Shown here one piece after another: positions 23,511 to 36,384 of a stretch of 64,000 bases of DNA. The position numbers and the translations under genes are program-made. Positions within the stretch are counted from its first letter, which is position 1, and the number at the start of each line of letters is the position of its first letter. The stretch spans positions 3,266,022 through 3,330,021 of the forward strand of contig MU057073.1 of the NCBI GenBank assembly GCA_013239625.1, given 5' to 3'. Origin of the DNA: Lama guanicoe. Lineage: Eukaryota. The notes below the pieces were generated by a model. That model made no database searches. It was given only the letters and a program-made list of their open reading frames with translations, and was not told the DNA's origin.

Positions 23511-24091
23511 CCACAGCAACGTCCAGACCCCGCATGCCAAGGTTCCCACCTCAGGACTTTGTGCTGTTCCCTTCCGAGAACAGCCTCCCTCCAGCTCCAG
23601 CCCAGCCCTGCCTGGTCTTGGCCGCCAGGACCCTTCCTCCCCGAGTCTCTTCTGGAAGTGACTTGTTTGTTCTTCACTGCAGTCTACCCTGTGCTGGGTT
23701 CTCAGAAGCCTGGGTCTGCGCCTCAGATAGTCCCTGCAGTATGAGCTGAAGTGTGCCGCTCCCCTGCACCAGGTCACCTTGGAAGCCTGCGGCTTTGAGA
23801 CTGAGCAGTGTTGCCACCGAGCTCACCCTGCTAGCCCGGGTACCTGGAAGGTGCTCCAGGCAGGTACCAAAGAGCAGGATGAATCAGGATGATACCTGAG
23901 TGGTGTCATCACCGCCCGGAGCCCTGTGGGCCGGAGGGCAGTTCCAGGCTGTAGGTGCCTGCAGGAGAGAAGCCGGGAAAGACCTCAGGCAGAAGGGATC
24001 ATTTGGGCTGGGTTGTAAAGGATGAATAGGAGTCTATGAGAGGCAACACTGGAGAAATTAGTACCCCGTGAACATCTGTACCCCTGGGGAC

Positions 24092-24270
24092 CAAGGGTCG
24101 GCAAAGCACAGCCAAATTCTATGAGACCTCTTTTTGTGTAGCCTGTGAGCTACAAGTGGTTTTCCGTTTTTGAAGACTTACAGAAAATAAAGAGGACTAT
24201 GCAACGGAGACCCTGTGCAGCTTGTAAAACCCGAAATGTTTCCTCTCTGGGCCTTTACAGAAAGGCTGAG
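24092..24270 (+). mobile_element. MER58A-like hAT-Charlie element
   Basis: CAAGGGTCGGCAAA...TGAGCTACAAGTGGTTTTCCGTTTTT...CTGGGCCTTTACAGAAAG. Confidence 0.8.
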
Positions 24271-24940
24271 GGGGCCCCTTCGCAAGGGGGAAGGTTGCAT
24301 GAGGGACTGTCCCTCTATTATGACCTGGGGGGGATGAGGTGGGGAGGCCCCATCACGGGGGAGCAGGCCAACCCCTGGCCTTCTCCAGGTGACCCCCAGA
24401 TGTCTCTCAGTGGGCGATCATCCCTCTCTCAGGGCGCGGGCAGGGCTCGGTGAGATCATGGCTGTCACAGGCCTGCACAGGGCCAGCCCGGGGCCCGCCA
24501 TCACGGCAGCCAGCTCCGTGACCCTCAGGGCCTGGGACAGAGCAGACTCCCACACTCATTTTTAAATTAGCCGGATTTTCCACCGGCTGGCTGGGTCTGG
24601 AGGGGCCTGACAAGATGATGTTCCAAGCTTAGAAATGTTTTAGCTCTAATGAGCTGGAATTTTGGTGGTTTCTTTTAATCCCACTGTGTTTACCCCAATC
24701 AGCGATCGAAGGTTGGCTGGGAGAATTGTCATTTTTCCTGTGATTAGTGCTCTGGCAGGCCAGCCTGTTTTCCAGGAAACGCCACCCTTCCCCTTCTCTG
24801 CATCTGCTAACTGCATCCTTGGAGGCCCCGGGACGTCAGACAGGGATGCTGGTCACAGTGCCGGGCACCGGGCGGGCAGTGGGCTGCTAAGGCAACTCAA
24901 ATGCTTTGTATCTGCCCCTGGTGTCCAATCTCCTAATTAT

Positions 24941-25240
24941 TGTCTTAGGCTGGAAACCCCAGATGCAGACTCTGGACAAGGTGTCAATGCCAGTGGTTTA
25001 TTTGGAAGGTAAATAGGCCCTCAAAACTCCAAGCAAGCAAGGGGGCAGAATGCATTTCCAAGCATGTCCCCCATAGGGTAGCCGGGGCACAATCCCCCTG
25101 GGGTCTCTGAATCAGTAGAGAGCAAGTGGGGGCCGGGAGCCAGTGGACTTGCCCTGCAGCCCCCGGGCTGTTCCCAGGGATGTTCACCCCGTTATAGTTT
25201 GGGCCAGCCGTGTATGAATAGAGCAGCCATTTGCAGCTTC
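24941..25240 (-). mobile_element. ERVL LTR fragment (LTR16/LTR33-like)
   Basis: TGTCTTAGGCTGG...CCCCAGATGCAGACTCTGGACAAGG...GTGGTTTATTTGGAAGGT. Confidence 0.6.
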
Positions 25241-26026
25241 AAAGAAAGCCCTCGGGCAGAGACGCAGCTGCTGGCGGCTGGAAGGCTGCCTGGCACGCTC
25301 TGAAATGTTAGATCCAAGGAGATGCAGAGCAGCGGGACCAGCATATCTGCCCCAGCCCTGTCTACATCCTCTCCTGCCGTCTAGCGCCCAGCCGGCTGCC
25401 ACGTGCGGGCTTGGTCCTCCAAAGTGCTGGCTGGCCGAACGACTCCCTGTGTAATGGACCAGGAGGAGCCCAGGGTCTGGAGAGTTCACATGCACGGCCG
25501 TCACCCTGATCACCGTCACCTGTGTGGGTTTCCTTAGTGCCTAGTGTGTATAGCTCAGGGCACCAAGAGGCCTTTGCCCCACGCAAGTACGTGACTTCCC
25601 CACGCCTCACCCTCCAGGGCTCAGCGTGGCATTGCACACACAGTGTCCTGGGTCAAGCGTGTCCAGAGGGGCCAGGCTGGGGGCCTTGAACATCTGGCAA
25701 GGGTGGTGGAGTGGCTTCTGAGGTACTGGGAGCCAGGGATGGCCTGTGACTTGGTGGCTGGAGTTCCTGGCTCAAGGAGAGGGTCCAGGTGCAGGAGGAA
25801 ATGCAGGGTCCCAGTTACAGACCCCATGGCAGCCATGCCCTCCCTTCTCCACAGCCTGAGCCCCTGCTCAGGAGCTGCCTGCCTTCTGTCATCTTATTCA
25901 GGGTGCACAGTGGCCGTGGAGAATCCAGCCCTGTGACTCACTTTCACAGGTGACAATGCTGGTAAGTGACAGAGCAGAGCTGGCTCCAAAAGTGATGCTC
26001 TGGAGGAAATACTGGCTGTTTCCTCT

Positions 26027-26500
26027 TGTATCAGCTAGCAATGCTGTGTAACAAATTACATAACTGAGTGGCTTAAGGCAACCCATGTCTCTCTTCTCAC
26101 GGTTTGCAGGAGGCAGAAGTCCAGGCGTAGCTGAACTGAGCCCTCTGCCTGCATCTTAGCAGGCTGCCATCACATGGCCATGTTCTCATCTGGAGGCTCA
26201 GCTGCTGGGGGTGGGGGTGGGGGTGGGGAAATGTTTCCAAACTTGTTTAGGTTGTTGGCAGACTTCACTTCCCTACAGCTCTGGAACTCATGGTGGTTTG
26301 CTTCAGGGCCAGCAAGAGTGTCTAACCTCGGGGAGGGCCAGTCCCTCTTTCTAGGGCTTTCGCCCACTTACACCCAGCCCATCAAGTGTCACATTCCTTT
26401 GGATGAACTCACAATCAACTGATTTGAGGCCTCGATTGCACCTACAAAATCTTGTCCCTTTGCCACATTCCCCTGGCTAGAAGTGAGTCTGGAGGCCTGT
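26027..26500 (-). mobile_element. MaLR LTR (MLT1E-like)
   Basis: TGTATCAGCTAGCAATGCTGTGTAACAAATTAC...GTTGTTGGCAGA...TCAACTGATT...CCCTTTGCCA. Confidence 0.85.
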
Positions 26501-27768
26501 CTTTAGCCGAGCATCCTCCTCCCACCCCTCACATGTCCAGGTGAATCCTTCCATCCTGGGTCTACCTGTTCTATGATTTTGGGTAAATCATTCGCCCTCT
26601 CCGGGCCCAAGTCTTCCCTGCTGTGGGGCGGGGAAGTGGCAGACCAGGGGAGGGTCCATTGTCTCACCTGTATGTGGAGACAGTGTGACCCAGGAGGGGA
26701 CAGTCTCTGAGACCCTGATGGGGACATGGCGACCAGGGAGTCGGAGGGAAGGAAAGGCTGGGGCCCAGAGCTGATGTCCCACATCTGCCCTTCCTCTCTC
26801 CCAAGGTTTATGCCATTTTGTAGGGAGAAAAAGAATATTTCCCCTCTTTCTTTGAAAAAAAAAGGCAAGCCGTAGCCGTGTGTCCAGGCCCTGGAAGAGG
26901 GACCACGGAGAAACACAGGCAGGACTGCCTACAGGGCTGATGTGAAATGCCCATCCTGCCAACCTCTTGTGACAAAGAGGAGCAGTGGATGGCAGGTGCA
27001 AAGTGGCCGAGGACCCCGACCTCTCTTGTCCTGGGGAGCCCTCGCCCAGATGCATGCCAGCCAGGCCCAGTGCTGACCAGCCCCTCGCCGACCCCGACCT
27101 GCGAGCTCCTGAGGCCACCAACAGCCTGCCCGCTGCCCCAGCCTGGGAGGGGGCTGGCCTTCTGCCTTGGCACTGCTGAATGGCGCCTGGAAAAAGTAAC
27201 GGCAAAGAGGATTGTTCGAAGAGGGTCTGTCACCCCCGAGCTCAGGAAAGCCCCTTCCCCTCTCCTGGCCTCATCGTAAAGTGTCCTGCACCCAGTTTCC
27301 CCAGAACTCTCCAGAACTGAGAGCCTGGTGGGGATGGAGGCCACGGCCCAGGCTGCAGGCTGGTGGCTCAGAGCTGGCGCATCTGTGCGGGAAGTGTTCC
27401 CTTTTCCAGAGTAAATGCCAACTTATTAAATTTTATGGTGACAGGAAACTTGTAACCTTGCTTAGTAATTACTCGGGTCTGGAGTCAGCACACGCTGGGC
27501 AAATTCAGGGGCTGCTGGGGATGTGCTTTGTGAGCCTTCAGAAAGCTGACGTTGAGGCTCATTGGGGCCTCGGGGCCCCAATAGAACCATGGCTCCAGGC
27601 CTGGTCTCCTCCCTCCCTGGCCCCTGATAGCGTTTGCCGGAGGGTCCAGTTCAGATTTCTGTCCGAAGGCCATAGATAGAGCTGGCCCTCTCTGCCTCTG
27701 AAGTGGGTGCCTGGCTCTGGATGCCATGCAAGATCTGAGTCACACTAGCTGCTGAGAAGGGAGCCAAG

Positions 27769-28130
27769 TGTGGTCACCAGGAAGTGTCCACATCCCAATA
27801 CCCAGTGACCATGAGACCCTGGTGTGATTAAGGAAGGATCCTGAGATGGGGAGGTGATCTTGGGTTACCTTGGGGGCCCCACGTCATCACAAGGGTCCTT
27901 ATGAGAGGATAGCAGGAGGGTCAGAGTCAGGGAAGGAGATGTGACCACAAAGCAGAGTCAGAGGGGTGAGGACTGGCCCCAAGGCATGGAGGGAGCCACT
28001 TGGAGCTGGAAAATGACTCCCCTTTGACCTCTGACCTCCAGGCCGCTGAACTATAGGATAATAAATATGTGTTGTTTAAAAACACTGTGTTTGTGGTAAT
28101 TTGGTACAGCAGTAATTGAAAACTACCACA
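27769..28130 (+). mobile_element. MaLR solo LTR (MLT1D-like)
   Basis: TGTGG...GGATCCTGAGATGGGGAG...ATCACAAGGGTCCTTATGAGAGG...GATAATAAATATGTGTTGTTTAA...GAAAACTACCACA. Confidence 0.9.
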
Positions 28131-29417
28131 CTGAGTATGCAGTAGATGCTCAATATATGTTTACCAAATTGGCCGGGCGAGGTCAAAGGAGACCTGACAC
28201 TCGCTAAGAGGCCTGCCACGGCGGAGGGCCGAGCCCAGGGACTGTTCTTGGAGCCGCCGTCCTCGGCCTGGAGGCGGACGGGAGGTGGGCGTGTCTCCCA
28301 TCGCACGTGGGTGTCAGGGAGGGCATCGGCCCCTCTCCTCCACCAGAGGTCCAGCTCTGTCTCCAAGTGTGAGAGAGACAGCACTGGGGGGCGAGGTGCT
28401 CCCCTGGGGAGAGCATCATGTCTGGGGCTGTAGCTGGAAGACATTTCAGCCACAAAGCCAGCCTCTCCTGCTTCCCTTTCTGCACAGCACAGAAATCCGG
28501 AGTCGCGCCAGCCCCAGGGAGTCTGCTGCGGCAGTCTTCTGTGGGTCTCCACCCCCGGAGCAGTGACTTGGGGTGACTGTGGGCTTGGGAGACAGGCAGC
28601 GCTGAGTCTGGATGGTGACCTGCCCTCTGACCCTCAGTCTCGTCCTCTGTACCTTGGGGGGCGGGTGAAGCACCTCAGCTTGTGTCTGATAGGGAACAGG
28701 GATGCTTCATGGATTGCAGACAGGTATCCTGGCCCCGACGATGATGGCAGCAGTGATAGCAGCTGTTGGTTTGGGATATTTCTGGAAGAAGAGGAACTTT
28801 GTGCTGGGGAGGCTGCTTTTGGTGTGTCTCCTACAAGAGCACTTGTGCTGGGCCATGGACTGACCCAGGGAGCCCCTTACACTTCATTTAGCCCACTCCT
28901 CCCCCAAACCAGCCACACAACACCAACAGGGTCACCAATAGCATCCGTGTCACTGGATCCAATGTCCCCCACCTGACAATTTCCTCTTTCCTGGCGTCGG
29001 CAGCATCAGCTGCTCCACCTCGATCCTCCTTGCCGGCTCACTCTCCCCTCCCCAAAACTCATCGGTGATGCTCCCTGGGGCACGAGCCTCAGGAGCCTTC
29101 TCTTCTGCTGCCCAGTTGCCCTGCGTGGCTCTGTGATGTTCACAGGTCCCTACAGCAGTAGGTGACCCCTGCCCGCAAGGAGGGTCCAGTCCCAGGGCGC
29201 CAAGACCAGAACAGGCACTGGAGTGCAGAGTGACACAGGCCACAACAGAACTAATGATAGGCAGTACAGATCATGGAAGGGGCCCCTGTGCCCTGGGGAC
29301 AGTCAAGCCATGGCTCCTGGAGACAAGCCCAGAAGGAGAGAAGGATGTATCCAGGCAGAAATAGCGTAGTATGCCGCAGAGTGACGTGGAAGCCCAGGTG
29401 CTGTGCCAGGCTCTCTT

Positions 29418-29615
29418 TTCATCCATTTAGCAAATATTTATTGAAAACCCACCGTTCGCCTTCACATCTTCATCTTTGTCTACATTATTTAGTTTATCAC
29501 AGCTACTCACTAAGGTCTGCACGGAATCTGTCCCAGGTTTGCTGATCCAGCGGGACTCAGCCCGTGAGTGGCAGGGGCAGGGCCTGAACCTGGGTCCCCA
29601 TCACTCCTCTGCCAC
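29418..29615 (-). mobile_element. L2 3' tail followed by MIR fragment
   Basis: TCATCCATTTAGCAAATATTTATTGA (reversed L2 end); GTGAGTGGCAGGGGCAGGGCCTGAACCTGGGTC (reversed MIR head). Confidence 0.55.
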
Positions 29616-29994
29616 ACTGAGAAGAGCTGCGGACCAGGGGTTCATAGCAGAATGGGGGTCAGACACAGAATGGTCACAGCTGCAAGGACCTGGCACGGGG
29701 CAGAGAGCCCCGGAGCCCACACTTCACTCCTCAGCCCAAACTGAAGTGTCCAGATCTGGGCACAGCGCTTCAGAAGCCTGCAAATTCTGTGAGACTGTTT
29801 TTAATGTGTGTGTTCCTTTTGACAGCAATCTAAAAATCTGCTTTGCCAGTTATAAAGGCAGGGGCTTCCTCTTTGCAGGGACTTCTCAAGTGTTTTCTGC
29901 TGCGAGGATCGTGGTTGCTGAGAGGGTTCCCTGGGCTTTTTGGGGCAGTTTGAGAACTCTGTTTCTTTTTAAAAGGGTTGGGGGCGGTGACTGA

Positions 29995-32900
29995 AATAGA
30001 AATGTCCAGCTCCAGCCGAGACCGAGTGGCCTCTTCTTCCTCACTCCCTTTTCCAGTGAAGAAACCCTGGACCTAATGTGACAAACTGGGGGAGGTTCTG
30101 AAAGATGGAGTGGAGGACAGCAAGGGGACGCAGGACTTAGACACGGTGTGGCCCGGTCCCCTGGGCTTTGTCTCTGCCTCCCACCCGTCGTGCGCGGGCA
30201 TCACCCTCGCCGTTCACAGGCGTGGACCGAAAACCCCAAGAAGAGCCTGGGACAGGGAACTCAGCAGAGCAGAAAACCTTTCTGAAGACACCTGCCCCAG
30301 TGGAGACAAACCCTGAAAAGAACCCTCCTCCTCGCTGGGGGTGTGAGCGAGGACCCGACCTCCACCCCAGCAGCAGCAGCAAGATACGGTGGCCGCCCAG
30401 GATGCTCACCGCGCACGACGGAGTCAGTGCAGTCCAGCTAAGGCCCGAGCGTTCCCCCGAATCAGAATCCATGGGGCAGAATGAGGCAGGATGAGCTAGA
30501 CAGGCAGTGCCAGCTGGAATTTCACTCCCCACACTGGCACCAGTGGGGCTTAACAGGGAACGGAACCCCCACCTCGGCCCAGGGCTGAGCAGCAGAGCAC
30601 TTAGCGCTGTGCTTTTGATGAGGGCATATCAGCAGGGGTGTGGGCACAACCTACCTTCTGGCCTCGCCCTTCGGCAACAAGGTGCTGTGAGTCGGAGAAT
30701 CACTTTAGCTCAGGTGATGTTAACGGCACAGGGAACCCCCACCCCCCGGGTACCCGGGCCTGCACACGACACCTAGACAGAGTGACCCAACCAGAGATTA
30801 AATAGAACCCAGAGTCTCATTATGTGATGCCCCAATGATCCTGGAGACAGTAAAACATCACTCATTGTACCAAGAACCAGGGCGATCACAGCTTGAATGA
30901 GAAACAGCCATCAACAGCCAACGCTGGGACGAATCAGATGTTGGAACTATCTGGCGAGGCTCACAGAGCAGCAAACACAAAAACGCTTCAGCAGCAGTTA
31001 TGAACACACTTGAAACAAACAAAAACACAGAAAATCTCAGCAAAGAAACAGAAGCTATAAAATAACACCAGGGGGAAATTTTAAAACCAAAAATACACAA
31101 CAACTGAGATTTAAAAATCACTGGGCGGGCTAGACGGGACAAAGAGGGACCCGTCTGAGCCACAGAGAGAAGAAGGACTGAAAGCTAATTTCAAAAAACC
31201 AAATAAGCAGAAACTCAACGAGCTGTGAGAATATTACAATGGTTCTAACACCTGTGATATTGGAGTCCCAGAAGGAGAGGACGAAAACGAGGGACTGAAA
31301 AAGATTTAAAGAAATAATGGCGATAATTCCCCTAATTTGGCAAAGGGCATAAACCTATAGATTCAGGAAGCCGAGCAAACTCCAAATAGAATGAACTCAA
31401 AGAAACCCATGCCAAGAAACATGGTAACCAAACTTCTGAAAACTAAAGACAGAGAAGAATTCCTGAGTCACCATAACTCAGTGACATACCATATATTAGG
31501 GGAACCTCAATCCAAATGAAGTCAGACTTCTTGTGAGGGTCAGGAGGAAGCGGCACAATTTTCAACTTCCAGAAGGAAAGAACTATCAGCTCCCAAATCC
31601 TTTATCCAGAAAGCAAATTATTCAGGAATAAAAGGGAAACAGATCATGAATCTAAATTTAAAATAGGAAGCTATAGAACTCCTAAAAGAAAACAAAGGAA
31701 GAATTCAACTCGACCTTGACTTTGGTGATGAGCTTTTACAAGCAACATCCACAGCACACTCTGTGAAAGAAAAAGGTGATAAATTGGGTGCTATTAAAGT
31801 GAAAAACTTCTGTTCTGCAAAAGATATTGTTAAGAGAAGGGAAATACAATCCACATATTGGGAAGAAAAATTCGCACAAACACATATCTGCTAAAGGACA
31901 TGTATCCAAAATAATCAAAGAACTCTTACAATTCAACAATATGCAAACAAGCAATTTGCATAAAAAATAGAAAAATATCTGAAGGGACTTCTTATTAAAG
32001 GAGATACACACATAGTAAATAAGCATATGAAAGGTGCTGCGTGTCAGGTGACATTAGGGACTTGCAAATTAAAACAACAACAAGGCACTCACATACCCAT
32101 TAGGTGGCCTAAATCCAGTAACGATTGCAGGTGCAGGTTCATTGCTGGACAGGATGCAAAATGGTACAGCCATTGAGGAAGACAGTTTGAAGGTGTCTTG
32201 CAAATTTAAACATAGTCTTAACATAGTATTCATTGAATGCCTCAGTATTTACCCAACAGAGTTAAAAACTTATGTCCACACAAAAACCTGCATTTAAATG
32301 TGCATGGAAACTATTCATAACTCTCCCAAACTGGAAGCCACCAAGGTTTCTTTCTTAGGTGAATGGTTAAAACTGTGGTTCATCCAGACAGTGGAATACT
32401 ATTCAACAATTAAAACAAAATGATTTCTTGAGTCACAAAAAGACATGGTTGGATATTAAATGCCCATTTCTAAGTGCAAGAATTTATCCTGTCCAGCATA
32501 TTGCTAAGTGAAAGAAGCCTGTTTGAAAAAGTTATATACAGTAAGGTTCCAATTATATGATATTTCTGGGAAAAGTATAAACTATAGAGACAGTGAAAAA
32601 TCCCTGGTTCCTGGGAGGTTGAGGGGAAGAGTTGCCAGGCTGAAGCACTAGAGGGGTTTTGTATTATATTGTATACAATACAGAAGTGAGGCTGTTTTGT
32701 ATTATATTGTAATGGTGGATACGTGACACTATACATTTGTCAAAACCCTGTAGAACTTTATAGCACATAGAGTAAACTGTGATGTATGCAAATTAAAAAA
32801 AATCATTTAGGAGTTTTGGTCATCTCAGGATAGAAGGCAGACTGTGATGTGATAATCTAAATAATTACAAATGCGGGACACGACCTCACTGAAGGGAACT

Positions 32901-34457
32901 GGGGTTGGGGTAAGTAACTTTGGACATAGTGGAGTTTGTGAGGCTGAAAGCAAAAAAACTGCACAAAAGCACAATGTTCTAGTTCAAGAAGCTATTTCCT
33001 ATGGGGCTGGGGGTGCAGGGTAACAATTATGAAACCACTCTTGCATGTTCACTGGAAGTGAACAATTAAAAAAATAGATGGCAGATGGTAGGAACCAATT
33101 TCTCTTTGAGTGAGAAGTTACAGAGCAGCAAGGGGAGGAGTCTAGAATGATCCTTGTGCTAACGAAGTCGAGCTAGAGATATGAGCGTGAACTCGTGTTC
33201 GGTGTAATATAAACACAGATGGTTATATATAGAAATATGTATAGATGTGCATGTGCACGGGTTAGTATAAGCAAACACATCTCTTTGCTCTGTTGGCTTA
33301 GAGGACCGAGAAGCAACGACTCTCCAGTAGCAATGAGCACATCTTGCTTCCAGATGTTGCCTTCTGGTAACACTGTTCAATAAAAGGAACTGGGGCTCGT
33401 TGAGAAAATGACCGACTGAAGGACTGAGTCAAGGAAGTACAAGATGAGCCTGGAGCGTCTTGTAGTGCCGGAGAGGAAGAAGATGCTTAAAAATGAAACA
33501 AACCCGAAAACTCACAGTGACCTGCAGTATGCCAATGGGATAGAGTGGCCAATTGAAAAAGCTCCCAATGGTCAGAGCTGAAACGATCTAAGTAACAAAT
33601 TAAGAACGCAGAATTGGGTTATAACCTGAAGTATAAATAAATATCCAAGAGTCCAAACTGGCATACCTAGATGATTGAAGAAATAAGTGAACACATCAAA
33701 GGACAAGCGAGTGAACACAGATGGTCTCCTGGTGGGAGGATTCCAAAGAGTGACGCAGACATTCAGCTCTTGCGGCATGGGGCGCATCTCCTGCTCCTCA
33801 AGAGTGGGGCCGCCCCTAGTAATGCTCTTCCCAAGAGGGCAGTGTGCAGGTCAAAACAGTAAGTCCGCAGCGAGTAAACGGGACAGACGCTACTCCAAGC
33901 CAGGTCGTCAAGGCCGACATCGACAAGGATAAGGTGCGTGGACAGTAGATGCCCTCCACCCACACGAGGGGAACGCCACCTCGCTCCCGCGCTCTTCCTC
34001 CCCGAAACACATTAGCCCGCTCTAACCATATGAAAAGCATCAAACAAATCCCAGTTCTGGAACAATCTACAAAACAGCTGACAGGTGCTCCTCAGAACTC
34101 TTGAGGTTATGCAAAAATAAAATAAAATAGAGGGAAGGGAAGGGAGGGCTGAAAACTGTTAAGGCCAAGAGGAGCCTACGGAGGCATGACATCTAAATGG
34201 GATGTGGTGTCCCGGACGGGATCCTGGAACAGAGAGAAGGGACATGACAGGGAAATTCAGGAAACCTGAATAACGCATGGACTCTAGTTAACAACATACC
34301 CACATAGGCTCTTGCATGGTGGCAAATCACCCTGCTCACGTAAGATGTTACTAACAGGAGAAACTGGGTGTGGGACACATGGGGACTCTTTGTGCTACCT
34401 TTGGAATAATTCTGTAAATCTAAACCTGTTTTAAAATTAAAAGCTTATTTTAAAAAA
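29995..34457 (+). mobile_element. L1MD-like element: 5'UTR and ORF1 joined to ORF2 3' end and long 3'UTR (internally deleted)
   Basis: ORF1-type sequence 30770-31640 (TGGAGTCCCAGAAGGAGAGG, ACCTATAGATTCAGGAAGC). It jumps to the ORF2 3' part at ~31641, followed by a long L1MD-type 3'UTR ending TTATTTTAAAAAA. Confidence 0.85.
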
Positions 34458-34469
34458 TTCAAAAATTTA

Positions 34470-34970
34470 AAAAGCCAAGAAAGGGACCAGTTGTTGGTAT
34501 ACACGACCACCTGGATGGACCTCAAGGGCATTGTGCTCAATGCAAAAAGTCACTCTCAAAATCTCACACACTGTGCAATTCCATTTACATAACATTATTA
34601 AAATGACAAAAATACAGAAATCTAGAACATATTAGTTTCCAAGGGGCAAGAATAGGAGGGGTTTTAAGACTATAAAGGAACGGCACAAGAGAGCTCCTTT
34701 TGTGTAATAAATGCTTACATGGATTATAGATGGGATCACAGTGCATAGAACTACACACATACACACACACACACACGAATGTATGTGGAAACTAAGTGAG
34801 GTCTGTGGTCTAGTTAACAGTATTGTACCAATGCCAGTTCCATTTTTTTGATACAACATAAGAGTTATCATCATCAGGGGAAGCTGGGAGCACGATATAT
34901 TAGACTCTATGTGCTATTTTTGCAACTTCCTGTGAATCTATACTAATTTTTTTAAGTTGTAGTAAAATTT
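34470..34970 (+). mobile_element. L1ME/L1MD-like 3'UTR fragment with (CA)n
   Basis: CACCTGGATGGACCTCAAGGGCATTGTGCT...ATTCCATTTACATAAC...TGCAACTTCCTGTGAATCTATA. Confidence 0.8.
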
Positions 34971-34979
34971 AAAGTCTGA

Positions 34980-36270
34980 CTTGTCCAATAATGGTGAAAT
35001 AGCTTGTAACAGACCACGCTCTCTAACGACAATAATTACACTCTAGACAAAACATAAAAATGACTGTTTGCAGACACTTCAGAAGAATCAAAAGTGGGCT
35101 GAAACTTGCGAGGATAAAGCAAGGGAAACAGCAGATGAGACACATGTGTGTCCTTCTCCCTGGAGGCACTCTCCAGGTCACACCGCACACAGGAGCAGAG
35201 AGAAAGCAGAAACGGCAGTCTGAACAGGCTGGGGAGTCAAGGGCTATGTTCAGAGAAATCAGAGGAGCTGCAAAGTGAGGGAAGAAGTCCAGGAAAGGAG
35301 AGAGCATGGGGGTGGAAGACAGTATCCTAAGATCTGCATATAAATGCCTCTTTGAAACCCTGGTTGACTCCTAAATTGTACATGCACAGGATTACACTCC
35401 AAAAATATCACTGAAGAGCAACACTAGCAGCCTCTGCTCAGTTCAGGGGCTAGAGAACATTGCAGCTCAATTTCTGCAACGTTAGTCCTTCAACTGAAGA
35501 CAAGGAAGGGCTATGCGTTAGGTATAAGGGCCACACCCCAGGACGCAGGGTGGCACTATAGGACTAAGAGAACCTGGGATGTATATTCCCTCTCCAAGCC
35601 TAAACCCGAACCTCCACAAGGTCAAGGTGATGGCTGGTAATTTAGTTCATGCTAGAATAAAAGGTAATGTTCTTCAGAGGAAAGTAACAGAATCCAGAGC
35701 TGCTGCATTACACCATCCACAATGCCCATTATTTAGTTTAAATTTACTAGGCATACAGAGAAGCAAGGAAATGTGACCCATAAACAAGAGAAAACTGGTC
35801 AGAAGAAGCAAACTGACAGAAGACCCAGCTGTCAGAATTACTGGACAAGAACTTTAAGATAAGTATTGCAGACACATTTACAAAATTCACAGGAAACGAC
35901 AAATTGGTTTTGTATATATTCTCACTGTGAAGGGAAGTATCAAGAGAGAAATTAAAATTCCAAAGAAGAATCAAATGAAAATTTTAGAACTGGGAAAAGC
36001 AATACATGAAGTGGAAAATGTATGGAGGGCAGACTGGACACTGCAGGAGAAAGCATTAGTGAACGTGAAAACAGGATAATAGAATTAGCCAAACTAAAAC
36101 CCAGAGAGAAAAAGATTTTTGAAACATGAGACAAAGCCTCAGTGAACAAGGGGACAATTTCAAGTACTCTGATATTTCTGTGGTTGGTATCCTAGGCGAA
36201 AAAAGAATGTCAAATGGGGCCGAAAAAAATATTTTAAATAATACTAGCAAAAATTTCAAATTTTAGTTGA
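34980..36270 (+). mobile_element. Old L1 5'UTR and ORF1 fragment (L1ME/L1M5-like)
   Basis: GGAAATGTGACCCATAAACAAGAGAAAA...TCAGAATTACTGGACAAGAACTTTAA...GGCAGACTGGACACTGCAGGAGAAAGCATTAGTGAAC. Confidence 0.8.
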
Positions 36271-36384
36271 AAGCATTAGCCCACGGTTCCAAGAGTCTCC
36301 GTGGTCAGGCAGCACAGCCGAGTGCTCTGTGCCCCCTGTGTCAGATCCCAGGCTTGCAGCAAGGTGGCTGCAAGGCGCGCAGAG

